Notes: a model not told the origin generated them from the sequence alone. Shown: positions 17,862-27,604, numbered from the stretch's first letter. The stretch is DNA of 63,180 nt from Patescibacteria group bacterium (GCA_035646815.1 DASRON010000014.1:1-63180); one strand, 5' to 3'. Made by a program: numbers and translations.

Positions 17862-20800
17862 ATGAATAACGATCAAAATAAAAAATCAAAAGATTTAACA
17901 ATTTTAGATTTTAAGTCACTTAAAATTTTACTTGCTTCAAAAGAGGATATTTTAAACTGGTCTTATGGAGAAGTAACTAAGCCTGAAACTATTAACTATA
18001 GAACCTTAAGACCAGAAAAAGCTGGTCTTTTTGATGAAAGGATTTTTGGTCCAACTAAGGATTGGGAGTGTTATTGCGGAAAATATAAGAGAATAAGAAA
18101 TAGAGGAATAGTTTGTGATAAATGCGGAGTTGAGGTAACGCTTTCAAGGGTAAGACGCGAAAGAATGGGACACATTACTTTGGCTGCTCCTGTTGCTCAT
18201 GTTTGGTTTTTCAAAGGTCTTTCTTCTGCGTTACCTTTAATTTTGGATATGCAACAAAAAAGTCTTGAATCAGTTGTCTATTATGCTGCTTATCTTATAA
18301 CGGAAGTTGATGAAGAAAAGAAAAAGCAAAGTTTGGGTGATCTTTCTAAAAACATTGAAAAAAGAAAAGAAAATCTTAAAAAAGAAATTTTTGAAGAAGA
18401 AAAGAAAATCGATTTAGAAATTGAAGAAAAGAAGAAAGAATCAAAAAAGACAAAAGTAAAACCTGAACAAAAAGAACTAATTATTCAAGAGCTCAATCTT
18501 CAAAAAAGACAAAGAGTGGCAAGGCTTAATGATAGATTTGCTTCTGAGAGTAAAAAGGTAGACGAGATTGCAGATGCATTAGCAAGACTCATAAAAAGCC
18601 TTAAGGTAGGAAGTGTTTTATCAGAAGACGAATATTTTAAGATTCTTGAATATGATATTCCTGTATTCTTTACTATAAAAACAGGAACAGACGGACTTCT
18701 AGAGTTAATTAATAAACTTGATCTTAGTGAATTAATTATTTTGCTTCGAAAAGAAGCAGAAAAATCAAAAGGACAAAAGTATTTAAAGGTTATTAAAAGA
18801 TTAAGAATTATAGAGGTTATGAAAAAAGCAGGTATTTCTCCTGCAAATATTATCACAACTGTATTACCTGTTATTCCGCCTGATCTTCGTCCTATGGTTC
18901 AGCTTTCAGGAGGAAGATTTGCAACGTCAGATCTAAATGATCTTTACAGAAGAGTAATTAATAGAAATAACAGGCTTAAGCATTTAATTTCACTTGGTGC
19001 ACCTGAAATAATCTTAAGAAATGAAAAAAGAATGCTTCAGGAAGCAGTAGATTCTTTAATTGATGCTTCGCAAAGAGGATCTCAAACACTGTCATCTCCC
19101 TTAAGATCGCTTTCCGATATGCTTCGCGGTAAACAAGGAAGATTTAGACAAAATCTTCTTGGAAAAAGAGTTGATTATTCTGGAAGATCAGTTATTGTTG
19201 TTGGACCAGAGCTTAAGCTTTCTCAATGTGGACTTCCAAAAGAAATGGCTCTTGAAATGTTTAAGCCTTTTGTTTTAAGAGAGGTAATTGTTAGAGGTTA
19301 TGCCCCTAATATTAAGAGTGCAAAAAGATTTATTGAAAAAAGACCACCAGAAGTATTTGATATTTTAGAAGAAATTACTAAAAATCATCCGGTTTTACTT
19401 AATCGTGCACCAACTCTTCATAAATTGGGAATTCAGGCATTTTATCCAATTCTAATTGAAGGTGCGGCAATTTCTCTTCATCCTTGTGTTTGTTCAGGAT
19501 ATAATGCTGATTTTGATGGAGATCAAATGGCAGTGCATATTCCTCTTTCCCAAAAAGCTCAGGAAGAAGCAATTAGTCTTATGATGCCAAGTCATAATCT
19601 TTTAAAGCCTGCAGATGGAAGTCCAATTACTCTTCCAAATAAAGAAATGGCAGTTGGTATTTTTTACCTAACAACAATTGATGAATCATTAAGAACAGAA
19701 GATGTTAAAACTTTCTCAGGCTTTAACGAAGCCTACCTCGCTCATTTTTTTGAAAAAATAAAGCTAAGAGAACCTATTAAAATAAGAGTAAATGAGGAAA
19801 CCGTTGAAACTTCATTGGGAAGAATTATGTTTAATGAAAAACTTTCAGAAGAACTTGGTTTTATAAATGAACCAATTAAAGCATCTGGAATTAAAAAAAT
19901 TATTACTAAAGCAATTTCGCTTATTGAAGAAAGTGAAGTTGCAGATCTTATTGATGGAATAAAATCACTTGGTTTTTATGGAGCAACTGTTTCAGGAATT
20001 TCAGTATCAGTTTTTGATAATGAAGAAGTTTTAGAGAAAGATGAATTAGTTGAAGAAGCAGAAAAAAAGGTTGCAAAAATAGAACAAGATTATCAATCAG
20101 GACTTATTACAAATGAAGAAAAGAAAAGACTTTCAAACGAAGTTTGGTTAAAAACAACTGATAAGATTGCTGATCTTACTTGGAATAATTTAAAAGAAGA
20201 TAATGTTATAAAGACAATTATAGATTCAGAAGGTGCAAGAGCTGGAAAAGAACAGTTAAAACAATTATCAGCAATGAGAGGACTTATTCTTGACCCGCTT
20301 GGAAAAATAGTTGAACTTCCAATTAAGTCTAATTTTAGGGAAGGTCTTTCAATTTTTGAATACGTTGCTTCTGCGAGAGGATCAAGAAAAGGATTAACAG
20401 ATTCTGCTTTAAAGACTGCGAATGCAGGATACCTTACTAGAAGATTAGTTGATGTGTCACATGATGTAATCGTCAGAGAAGAAGATTGTGGAACAAAAGA
20501 AGGTGTACTCGTAGAAGCTAATGAACAAGGCAGAACAGCTACTTTTACGGATAGAATATTAGGAAGATTTTCTGCTATAAGAATAGTTTCTAAGAAAAAC
20601 AAAAAAGAGATTGTTAAAGCAGGAGAAGAAATTACGCAAGAAGAAGTAAATATGATTCTAAAAGACGAGATAGAAGAAGTTATTGTAAGATCTCCTTTGA
20701 CTTGTGAATTAAAATATGGAATTTGTGCTAAATGTTATGGAATTGACTTTAGTAATAAAAAAATTGTTGAAACAGGAGTTCCTGTTGGAGTTGTTGCTGC

Positions 20801-21581
20801 ACAATCCATCGGAGAACCGGGAACTCAGCTTACTATGCGTGTTAGACATTTTGGTGGAGTAGTAATGAGTGATGTAACACAAGGTTTACCAAGAGTGGAG
20901 GAACTTTTTGAGATGAGAACTCCAAAAAATCTTTCACCAATTTCAGAAGTTTCAGGAAAACTAAAGCTTGAGACAAATGACGATGGTCATGTTTTAAGAA
21001 TTAAGAATACTAGAGTAAAACCGATTGAAGAAAAAGAATACTTTATTCCTGCTTCTGCAACTCTAACAGTTAGTGATGGACAAGATATAACTGTTGGAAC
21101 ACAGCTTGCAGAAGGTTATCTTGATCCAAAAGAAGTTGTAAAGATAAACGGTTTAAAAGATGCACAAAGATATGTAATCAATGAAGCACAAAGCGTATAT
21201 GAATCTCAAGGAATTGTTATTAATGATAAGCATTTTGAAGTAATTTTAAGAAAAATGTCAGATAAGGTTGTTGTTGAAACAGTTGGAGATACTGCGCTTG
21301 TTCCAGGAGATTTTATTACTAAGGCAAAATTTGAAGAAATTAATTCTGAAATTTTATCTCAGGGTGGAGAACCAGCAACAGCAAGGCAAATATTATTAGG
21401 AATTACAAAATCATCTTTATTTTCAGATTCTTGGCTTTCAGCAGCATCTTTTCAGGAAACAACAAAAGTTTTAACAGAAGCAGCACTTGAAGGAGCAGTA
21501 GACAAATTAACAGGTCTTAAAGAAAACGTTATTATTGGTCGCCTCATTCCGGTTGAAGGAAAAAAAGTAGATGAGGTATAA
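17862..21581 (+). CDS. rpoC: DNA-directed RNA polymerase subunit beta'
   Basis: 1239 aa with a zinc motif CYCGKYKRIRNRGIVCDKCGVEV, the catalytic NADFDGDQMAVH, and bridge-helix/trigger-loop blocks. Confidence 0.98.
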   Translation: MNNDQNKKSKDLTILDFKSLKILLASKEDILNWSYGEVTKPETINYRTLRPEKAGLFDERIFGPTKDWECYCGKYKRIRNRGIVCDKCGVEVTLSRVRRERMGHITLAAPVAHVWFFKGLSSALPLILDMQQKSLESVVYYAAYLITEVDEEKKKQSLGDLSKNIEKRKENLKKEIFEEEKKIDLEIEEKKKESKKTKVKPEQKELIIQELNLQKRQRVARLNDRFASESKKVDEIADALARLIKSLKVGSVLSEDEYFKILEYDIPVFFTIKTGTDGLLELINKLDLSELIILLRKEAEKSKGQKYLKVIKRLRIIEVMKKAGISPANIITTVLPVIPPDLRPMVQLSGGRFATSDLNDLYRRVINRNNRLKHLISLGAPEIILRNEKRMLQEAVDSLIDASQRGSQTLSSPLRSLSDMLRGKQGRFRQNLLGKRVDYSGRSVIVVGPELKLSQCGLPKEMALEMFKPFVLREVIVRGYAPNIKSAKRFIEKRPPEVFDILEEITKNHPVLLNRAPTLHKLGIQAFYPILIEGAAISLHPCVCSGYNADFDGDQMAVHIPLSQKAQEEAISLMMPSHNLLKPADGSPITLPNKEMAVGIFYLTTIDESLRTEDVKTFSGFNEAYLAHFFEKIKLREPIKIRVNEETVETSLGRIMFNEKLSEELGFINEPIKASGIKKIITKAISLIEESEVADLIDGIKSLGFYGATVSGISVSVFDNEEVLEKDELVEEAEKKVAKIEQDYQSGLITNEEKKRLSNEVWLKTTDKIADLTWNNLKEDNVIKTIIDSEGARAGKEQLKQLSAMRGLILDPLGKIVELPIKSNFREGLSIFEYVASARGSRKGLTDSALKTANAGYLTRRLVDVSHDVIVREEDCGTKEGVLVEANEQGRTATFTDRILGRFSAIRIVSKKNKKEIVKAGEEITQEEVNMILKDEIEEVIVRSPLTCELKYGICAKCYGIDFSNKKIVETGVPVGVVAAQSIGEPGTQLTMRVRHFGGVVMSDVTQGLPRVEELFEMRTPKNLSPISEVSGKLKLETNDDGHVLRIKNTRVKPIEEKEYFIPASATLTVSDGQDITVGTQLAEGYLDPKEVVKINGLKDAQRYVINEAQSVYESQGIVINDKHFEVILRKMSDKVVVETVGDTALVPGDFITKAKFEEINSEILSQGGEPATARQILLGITKSSLFSDSWLSAASFQETTKVLTEAALEGAVDKLTGLKENVIIGRLIPVEGKKVDEV

Positions 21582-21606
21582 TACAGTACATTTTAAATAA
21601 ATAATT

Positions 21607-22089
21607 ATGCCAACGTTATCACAATTAGCAAAAAAAGGAAGAATAAAAAAAGGGAAAAAAACGCGCTCAAATGCATTGCGTCGTCTTTTTAATGCAAAAG
21701 ACAGAGAATACAAAAATCTTGCTGCTCCACAAAAAAGAGGAGTTGTTACTTTGGTAAAAACAATGACTCCAAAAAAACCTAATTCTGCTTTAAGAAAAGT
21801 AGCAAGAGTAAAGCTTTCAAATAAGATGGAAGTAACAGCGTATATTCAAGGAGTAGGACATTCTCTTTCAGAGCACGGAATTGTTCTAGTAAGAGGAGGA
21901 AGAGTGAAAGATTTACCAGGTGTGAAATATCATATTGTAAGAGGAAAATTTGATTTAGCAGGAGTAGAAGGAAGGAAAACTTCAAGAAGTAAATATGGAA
22001 CAAAAAGTGGAGGAGCAAAAAGTAAAACCAGTAGCGCTCCTGCACAACCAGTAGCGCCCGTAGAGCAACCAGCAGCTCCTGCGCAGTAA
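21607..22089 (+). CDS. rpsL: 30S ribosomal protein S12 with an Ala/Pro-rich C-terminal tail
   Basis: [16 protein letters not shown] and [18 protein letters not shown] motifs. 160 aa, against about 125-135 usually. Confidence 0.96.
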   Translation: MPTLSQLAKKGRIKKGKKTRSNALRRLFNAKDREYKNLAAPQKRGVVTLVKTMTPKKPNSALRKVARVKLSNKMEVTAYIQGVGHSLSEHGIVLVRGGRVKDLPGVKYHIVRGKFDLAGVEGRKTSRSKYGTKSGGAKSKTSSAPAQPVAPVEQPAAPAQ

Positions 22090-22094
22090 AATAT

Positions 22095-22568
22095 ATGAGA
22101 CATAAAAAAACAGAAAAAAGAAAAATTCCAGCAGATAAACTTTACAATAATCTTTTGGTAGCAAAATTTATCAATAAACTCATGAGAGATGGTAAGAAAA
22201 CTGTTGCTGAGAAAAATCTTTATAAAGCATTTAATCTTTTGGAAAAAGAGGGAAAAAACGCGTTAGAGATATTTGAAAAAGCGGTTCAAAATGTTGGACC
22301 TAGACAAGAAGTTAAGGCGAAAAGAATAGGAGGAGCTTCGTATCAAGTGCCAATGGATGTTAGAGGAGAAAGAAGAATTTCGCTATCTATTCGTTGGATA
22401 ATTGAAGCAGCAAGGGCAAGATCAAACAAGGAATATCATACATTTGCAGAGAAATTAGCAGTAGAGCTTAAAGATGCTGTAGAAAATCAAGGAGCAGCAA
22501 TTAAGAAAAGAGATACGGCTCATCGAATGGCCGAAGCAAACCGCGCATTTAGCCACTTTAGATTTTAA
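22095..22568 (+). CDS. rpsG: 30S ribosomal protein S7
   Basis: 157 aa with FINKLMRDGKK, VKAKRIGGASYQVP and C-terminal AHRMAEANRAF.HFRF. Confidence 0.97.
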   Translation: MRHKKTEKRKIPADKLYNNLLVAKFINKLMRDGKKTVAEKNLYKAFNLLEKEGKNALEIFEKAVQNVGPRQEVKAKRIGGASYQVPMDVRGERRISLSIRWIIEAARARSNKEYHTFAEKLAVELKDAVENQGAAIKKRDTAHRMAEANRAFSHFRF

Positions 22569-22596
22569 TACAGGGTTTCTTCCTGATAAGCTTACT

Positions 22597-22932
22597 ATGA
22601 GAAATTCTGAAGCAATACAATTACCTATCGTTTGTGGAATAAAACCTGAAAATCTAACTGATATTGTTGTTGTTAACGTTAAGGAGATTTGGGCTGATGT
22701 TACAGGGTCTAAAATTCAAAATCATTGGATATTTCATGAAGCTAGGATTAAAACAGAACTATATTACGGAAGAGATGGACTTGCGGTAACTTTTGGTACA
22801 AAAAGAGGTGTTATGAAATTATCGGTTAAGAAAGATGGGGGGCTTTTTGTTTTTAACTTAGATACCATGAAAGAAGAAAAACCGATTAATTTACACTCGT
22901 TTTATGCTGAAATTGAACAACAATTTAATTAA
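22597..22932 (+). CDS. orphan hypothetical protein between rpsG and fusA
   Basis: 111-aa ORF on the same strand, 28 nt after rpsG. Soluble, with no recognisable motif. Confidence 0.5.
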   Translation: MRNSEAIQLPIVCGIKPENLTDIVVVNVKEIWADVTGSKIQNHWIFHEARIKTELYYGRDGLAVTFGTKRGVMKLSVKKDGGLFVFNLDTMKEEKPINLHSFYAEIEQQFN

Positions 22933-23007
22933 AGACTTACTAAAGCTTTAAGGGAGCAAGGGATTTTGCAACAGACTGTTTGTTCTTAATAAATTTAAAG
23001 TCTCAAT

Positions 23008-23036
23008 TTACAATCAGCTTGAATTTATGGTATACT
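23008..23036 (+). promoter_or_regulatory. sigma70-like promoter upstream of fusA
   Basis: TTACAA (23008-23013), 17-nt spacer, TATACT (23031-23036), preceded by TGg (extended -10). Confidence 0.55.
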
Positions 23037-23045
23037 ACGCTTTAG

Positions 23046-23074
23046 CTTCCTTTGAAAGGGGGAAGTGTTTTTTT
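23046..23074 (+). promoter_or_regulatory. 5'-leader hairpin with GAAA tetraloop and U-tract (terminator-like)
   Basis: CTTCCTTT-GAAA-GGGGGAAG (5 Watson-Crick plus 3 G-U pairs), then TGTTTTTTT. It lies between the predicted transcription start and the fusA ATG at 23090. Confidence 0.5.
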
Positions 23075-23089
23075 GACTTAAATTAAAAT

Positions 23090-25198
23090 ATGGCAGAAGC
23101 AACAAATAGAGATTATACGCTAGATAAAATTAGAAACATAGGAATAATTGCGCATATTGACGCAGGTAAAACCACGACTACTGAACGTATTCTTTTTTAT
23201 ACAGGAAGAACATATAAAATAGGAGATATTGATGAAGGGAATACTCAAATGGACTGGATGGATCAGGAAAAAGAGCGTGGCATTACTATTGTTTCTGCTG
23301 CAACTACTGCTTTTTGGAAGGATCACAGAATAAATATTATTGATACTCCAGGACATGTTGATTTTACTGCAGAAGTTGAAAGATCCCTCCGTGTTTTAGA
23401 CGGTGGTATTACTGTGCTTGATGCAGAAGAAGGTGTTCAATCTCAGTCAGAAACTGTTTGGAGACAGGCAGATAAATATAAAGTTCCAAGAATCTGTTTT
23501 GTAAACAAAATGGATAAACTTGGTGCAAATTTTTTGGCAACAATAAAATCAATTGAAGACAGACTTGGTGCAAATCCAGCAATAATGGTAATTCCTATTG
23601 GAGTAGAATCTACTTTTAAAGGAACTGTTGATCTTTTAACCAGAAAAGCTTTAATCTGGGGATCTGATAAGCTTGGTGCAGAATTTGAAGTATCAGATGA
23701 AATCCCTGAAGAATTAAGAGAACAGGTAGAAAAATATAGACATGAATTAGTTGAGAAAATTGCTGAAAATGATGATACATTAATGGAGAAATATCTAAAT
23801 GGAGAAGAGCTTTCTTTGGAAGAGTTAAAACAAGGACTTAGAAAAGCAGTTATTGCTTATAAGCTTGTTCCAATTTACGCAGGATCATCTTTAAGAAATA
23901 AAGGTGTTCAGCCACTTCTTGACGCAGTAATTGATTATCTTCCATCTCCTTTAGACGTTGGAGCTGTAAAAGGAGTTAATCCAAAAACAGAAAAAGAAGA
24001 ATTAAGAAAACCTGAGTTTGACGAACCCTTTGCAGGTCTCTCTTTTAAAATTCAAATTGATCCCCATGTTGGTAAATTAACTTATTTCAGAGTTTATTCA
24101 GGAAAAGTTGCAGCAGGTTCATATATTTATAACGCAAATAGAGATAATCGGGAAAGAGTAGGAAGAATTCTTTTAATGCATGCAAATCATAGAGAAGAAG
24201 TTAAAGAAGCATTTGCAGGAGAAATAGTTGCCTTAGTAGGTCTTAAAGAAACTGGAACAGGAGATACTCTTTGTGAAGAAAAAAATCCTATTGTTTTGGA
24301 GCAGATTACTTTTCCAGAACCAGTTATTTCTTTGGCAATTGAACCAAAAACAAAAATAGATCAAGAAAAACTTGGTTTTGCTCTAAAAAGACTTTCTGAG
24401 GAAGATCCAACTTTTAGAATTAAAACAAATCACGAAACAGGCCAAACCATTATTTCCGGAATGGGAGAGTTACAACTTGAAATTATGGTTGACAGAATGA
24501 AAAGAGAATTTAATGTTATGGCAAATGTTGGTGCCCCCCAGGTTGCATACAAGGAAACAATTAAAGGATTAGCAGAAGGTGAGGGTAAATATATTAAACA
24601 ATCTGGAGGAAGAGGGCAATACGGACATTGCTTTCTTAGAGTTGAGCCAAAAGCAAGAGGAGAAGGCTATGAGTTTATTAACGCAATTAAAGGAGGAGCA
24701 ATTCCTGCAGAGTTTATAACCTCTATTCAAAAAGGTGTTAAAGAAACAATGGAGAACGGAATTTTACTTGGTTACCCAATGGTTGATATGAGTGTAACAG
24801 TTTATGATGGATCCTTTCATGAAGTTGATTCTTCAGATGTCGCTTTTAAAATAGCAGCAAGTCAGGCTCTCCAGACAGCTTGTAGAAAAGCAGAAATTGT
24901 CTTACTTGAGCCGATTATGAAGGTTGAAGTTACAACCCCAGGAGAATTTATGGGAGATATTATAGGAGATTTGTCGGCAAAAAGAGCACAAATTATGGGA
25001 ACAGAAGAGAGGGGAAAAGCAACAGTAATTTTATCAACAGTTCCTTTAGAAGAACTATCAGGCTATGCAACGATAATTCGTTCAATGTCACAAGGAAGAG
25101 CAAGTTATTATATGGAACCTTCTCGTTATGAAGAAGTTCCGCAAAACATTATTTCGCAAATGCTTGCGAAATCTACGTTTACAGGAAGAATTGAGTAA
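23090..25198 (+). CDS. fusA: elongation factor G
   Basis: 702 aa with G1 [21 protein letters not shown], and the domain IV/V blocks. Confidence 0.98.
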   Translation: MAEATNRDYTLDKIRNIGIIAHIDAGKTTTTERILFYTGRTYKIGDIDEGNTQMDWMDQEKERGITIVSAATTAFWKDHRINIIDTPGHVDFTAEVERSLRVLDGGITVLDAEEGVQSQSETVWRQADKYKVPRICFVNKMDKLGANFLATIKSIEDRLGANPAIMVIPIGVESTFKGTVDLLTRKALIWGSDKLGAEFEVSDEIPEELREQVEKYRHELVEKIAENDDTLMEKYLNGEELSLEELKQGLRKAVIAYKLVPIYAGSSLRNKGVQPLLDAVIDYLPSPLDVGAVKGVNPKTEKEELRKPEFDEPFAGLSFKIQIDPHVGKLTYFRVYSGKVAAGSYIYNANRDNRERVGRILLMHANHREEVKEAFAGEIVALVGLKETGTGDTLCEEKNPIVLEQITFPEPVISLAIEPKTKIDQEKLGFALKRLSEEDPTFRIKTNHETGQTIISGMGELQLEIMVDRMKREFNVMANVGAPQVAYKETIKGLAEGEGKYIKQSGGRGQYGHCFLRVEPKARGEGYEFINAIKGGAIPAEFITSIQKGVKETMENGILLGYPMVDMSVTVYDGSFHEVDSSDVAFKIAASQALQTACRKAEIVLLEPIMKVEVTTPGEFMGDIIGDLSAKRAQIMGTEERGKATVILSTVPLEELSGYATIIRSMSQGRASYYMEPSRYEEVPQNIISQMLAKSTFTGRIE

Positions 25199-25228
25199 GT
25201 CCACCTCAATAAATACATAAAATTTACT

Positions 25229-25744
25229 ATGATTGAAACAGCAATAAAAGGATCACTTAAAGATTATTGGGGAGATAAACCGGAAACAGTTTCTGGTGTA
25301 ATCTTTGAAAAAGGATCTGATTGGGACGTAGAAACAGATGCTCGTTTTTTTCTAGAGGAATTTAATGGACCAAATTATCAAGAATTATGGGAAAAAAGAT
25401 ATGCAAATGAGAAAGTTTTAATTGAACAGATAGTAGAGCCCGAAGGTCCATTAGTGTGGCACAATGTAAGAGATTATTTAAATATTGCTCAAGGAATGGG
25501 AATAAAATTAACAGAAAAGACATTAGAAGCGGCAGTAACAAGTAAATCCATGCATGTTGCAAGAAAGGCAGCGGAATTTCCCTTAACTGTTTTACAAATG
25601 ACTTATCTTTTGGTAAGACCTGAAATAACGGTATACGATACAAAGGAAATTATAGGAATGCAATTAAATGTTGGGAATAACATGGACAGCATAAATAGAG
25701 CAGCAAGACTTGCAACAAAGGCAAGAGCGACAGTAAGTAAATAA
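25229..25744 (+). CDS. orphan hypothetical protein (171 aa)
   Basis: Starts 30 nt after the fusA stop on the same strand. Soluble and Trp/aromatic-rich, with no recognised motif. Confidence 0.55.
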   Translation: MIETAIKGSLKDYWGDKPETVSGVIFEKGSDWDVETDARFFLEEFNGPNYQELWEKRYANEKVLIEQIVEPEGPLVWHNVRDYLNIAQGMGIKLTEKTLEAAVTSKSMHVARKAAEFPLTVLQMTYLLVRPEITVYDTKEIIGMQLNVGNNMDSINRAARLATKARATVSK

Positions 25745-25755
25745 GCTTAATAAAT

Positions 25756-26283
25756 ATGAACTTGCAAGAAACACTAAGAATTTACGATTGGAAGAGAGAA
25801 GAAGATTTTTCAAGAGGTTTTCATAGTGATGCTACAAGGGCAGCGTATTACTTAATACAAGAAAGACAAATACTTCAAGAATTAAACGGTAAAAAGAAAA
25901 ATGAAAAAGATCTTCTACTTCAAGCTGAACAAAACGTAACCTTTATACGAGGCCTATCAGGCATGGTGAGAAACTTTTTTACAAATCCTTCAAACTTTAA
26001 AGATAGAACGATTGAAATAGCACGTAATGGAGATTCTTTTATTAGTTATGGTAACCATGGATTACATAAAGCACAAAGCTACGGTCTATTTTATTTTAAA
26101 AATTCACTTTCAGAGCCTCATGGAGTTATAGATCAGTTGTTAAGTGCTTTATGGAATGGTGATCCAGAAGGAAAATTTGAGCAAGATAAAAAACTTGTTA
26201 AAAAACTTGGTTCTTGTTCAAAAGTTAAACTTCTTGATAGATTTATTGGAACAATTAGGCCTTATGCCCGTTCAAAAAGATAA
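25756..26283 (+). CDS. orphan hypothetical protein (175 aa)
   Basis: Starts 11 nt after the preceding ORF on the same strand. No recognised motif. Confidence 0.55.
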   Translation: MNLQETLRIYDWKREEDFSRGFHSDATRAAYYLIQERQILQELNGKKKNEKDLLLQAEQNVTFIRGLSGMVRNFFTNPSNFKDRTIEIARNGDSFISYGNHGLHKAQSYGLFYFKNSLSEPHGVIDQLLSALWNGDPEGKFEQDKKLVKKLGSCSKVKLLDRFIGTIRPYARSKR

Positions 26284-26295
26284 TAATAAGTCTTG

Positions 26296-26324
26296 TTGAC
26301 TTTTTAAGACTTCAAAAGTATCAT
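26296..26324 (+). promoter_or_regulatory. sigma70-like promoter, probably leaderless
   Basis: TTGACT (26296-26301), 17-nt spacer, TATCAT (26319-26324), then 7 nt to the ATG at 26332. The -35 sits in the loop of the inverted repeat AAGTCTT/AAGACTT (26288-26312). Confidence 0.5.
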
Positions 26325-26331
26325 TTCTTTT

Positions 26332-26613
26332 ATGATAAGATTAGAGAGAGAATTTCACATTCATCATCAAGTAAGCAAAAGAGGTGGTCATCCTACAGAA
26401 ATAGCAGTTTTTATATCAAGTAAAGATTCTCCGCGAACAGTAAAAGTGACAGAAGGTAAAAATGGAGAAATGTGCTTTGAATATATTGGTATGGAAGATG
26501 GAAAAAAGAGGTTTTTAGGGCATGCATTAATGCAAGGATTAGTTGAATTAGTTAAAATACAAGAAGTTACTGTTCCAGAACTAATTCCGAACATGTCATA
26601 TAAAAGAGGCTAA
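26332..26613 (+). CDS. orphan hypothetical protein (93 aa) coupled to maf
   Basis: The stop overlaps the maf start (TAATG at 26611-26615). His-rich N-terminus (FHIHHQ). No recognised motif. Confidence 0.5.
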   Translation: MIRLEREFHIHHQVSKRGGHPTEIAVFISSKDSPRTVKVTEGKNGEMCFEYIGMEDGKKRFLGHALMQGLVELVKIQEVTVPELIPNMSYKRG

Positions 26614-27200
26614 TGAAAAAAATAATACTTGCATCAAAATCACCGAGAAGAAAACAACTCCTAGAAAGTATTAAATTAAAATTTGAAGTTGTAGTAAGTG
26701 ATTTTAATGAAAGTTTAATTAAAGAAAAAGACCCCAGAAAACTTGTTGAAGAGATATCGAAACAAAAAGCAAAAACAGTTGCAGGAAAATATAAAGACGC
26801 AATGATTATTGCAGCAGATACGACAGTTGTACTTGATAAAAAAATTATTGGGAAACCAACTTCAATAGACAATGCAAGAGAAATCTTGCAAAAATTAAGC
26901 GGCAGAGGTCATAAGGTTATCACTGGATTTACTATTTTAGATGCTAAAACAAAAAAGTCAGTAACAAAATCTGTAGCATCAAGAGTGTATTTTAAAAAAC
27001 TTACTAAAAAAGAAATAGAAGCATACATAAAAACAGGAGAACCAATGGATAAAGCAGGCGCTTATGGTGTTCAGGATAAAGCAGGTGCATTTATAGAAAA
27101 AATAGAGGGGGATTTTTTTAATGTTGTGGGTCTTCCAATTTTTAGTGTTTGCAAAACACTACTGGAATTTGGTATTAATATAACTAGTCACTGGAAATAA
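26613..27200 (+). CDS. maf: Maf-like nucleoside triphosphate pyrophosphatase
   Basis: 195 aa with ILASKSPRRKQLL, IIAADTVV and KAGAYGVQD.GA.FIEKIEGDFFNVVGLP. Confidence 0.92.
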   Translation: MKKIILASKSPRRKQLLESIKLKFEVVVSDFNESLIKEKDPRKLVEEISKQKAKTVAGKYKDAMIIAADTTVVLDKKIIGKPTSIDNAREILQKLSGRGHKVITGFTILDAKTKKSVTKSVASRVYFKKLTKKEIEAYIKTGEPMDKAGAYGVQDKAGAFIEKIEGDFFNVVGLPIFSVCKTLLEFGINITSHWK

Positions 27201-27269
27201 TTTCTTTTCAAGTTTTTTTATTTAACTATGTATTACGATAGACTTACCATGGCTTTTGGGCTATAAATT

Positions 27270-27292
27270 AAGACCGTTAAACGGTCTTTTTT
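27270..27292 (+). terminator. rho-independent terminator after maf
   Basis: AAGACCG-TTAAA-CGGTCTT followed by TTTT. Confidence 0.7.
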
Positions 27293-27311
27293 CTTAATTA
27301 GGGATTTTAAT

Positions 27312-27578
27312 ATGCTTTATTATATTTTGCTTATAGCTTTAGCACTCTTAATATTTGTTATTTTTTTAATGCAAATATCTTCTTTTGTATGGATTTATTT
27401 TATGGTTTGGGTGGTTCAGGGATCTGTTTCTTTTGCACTCTTAATAGCTTTTGTTTTTGGAATATTTACTTTTTTAATATTTTTTATTCCTGCTGTCGTT
27501 AAGAGAATACGAAGTTCTGCATTAAGAAAAAACATAAAGATTACAAAGTATTTTATAGATAATCCTGTTCACGATTAA
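27312..27578 (+). CDS. small two-TM membrane protein (LapA/DUF1049-like?)
   Basis: 88 aa with two long hydrophobic helices followed by a basic tail. Confidence 0.55.
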   Translation: MLYYILLIALALLIFVIFLMQISSFVWIYFMVWVVQGSVSFALLIAFVFGIFTFLIFFIPAVVKRIRSSALRKNIKITKYFIDNPVHD

Positions 27579-27604
27579 TACTTACTTCAATATAGGAGTT
27601 TTAA

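Noticed and set aside
17598-17901. Antisense ORFs over the rpoB tail. Similar long antisense ORFs occur in rpoC (18500..18856, 20093..20602), rpoA (45133..45489), alaS, the 781-aa gene and the ribosomal genes.
   Set aside because: They are shadow ORFs of highly conserved genes on the opposite strand. Their Ser/Phe/Leu-rich low-complexity translations are typical of antisense purine-rich coding DNA.
27201-27269. Mini-ORF MYYDRLTMAFGL (ATG at 27228) between maf and its terminator.
   Set aside because: It is only 12 codons long, with no start context or conservation evidence. It is probably chance.
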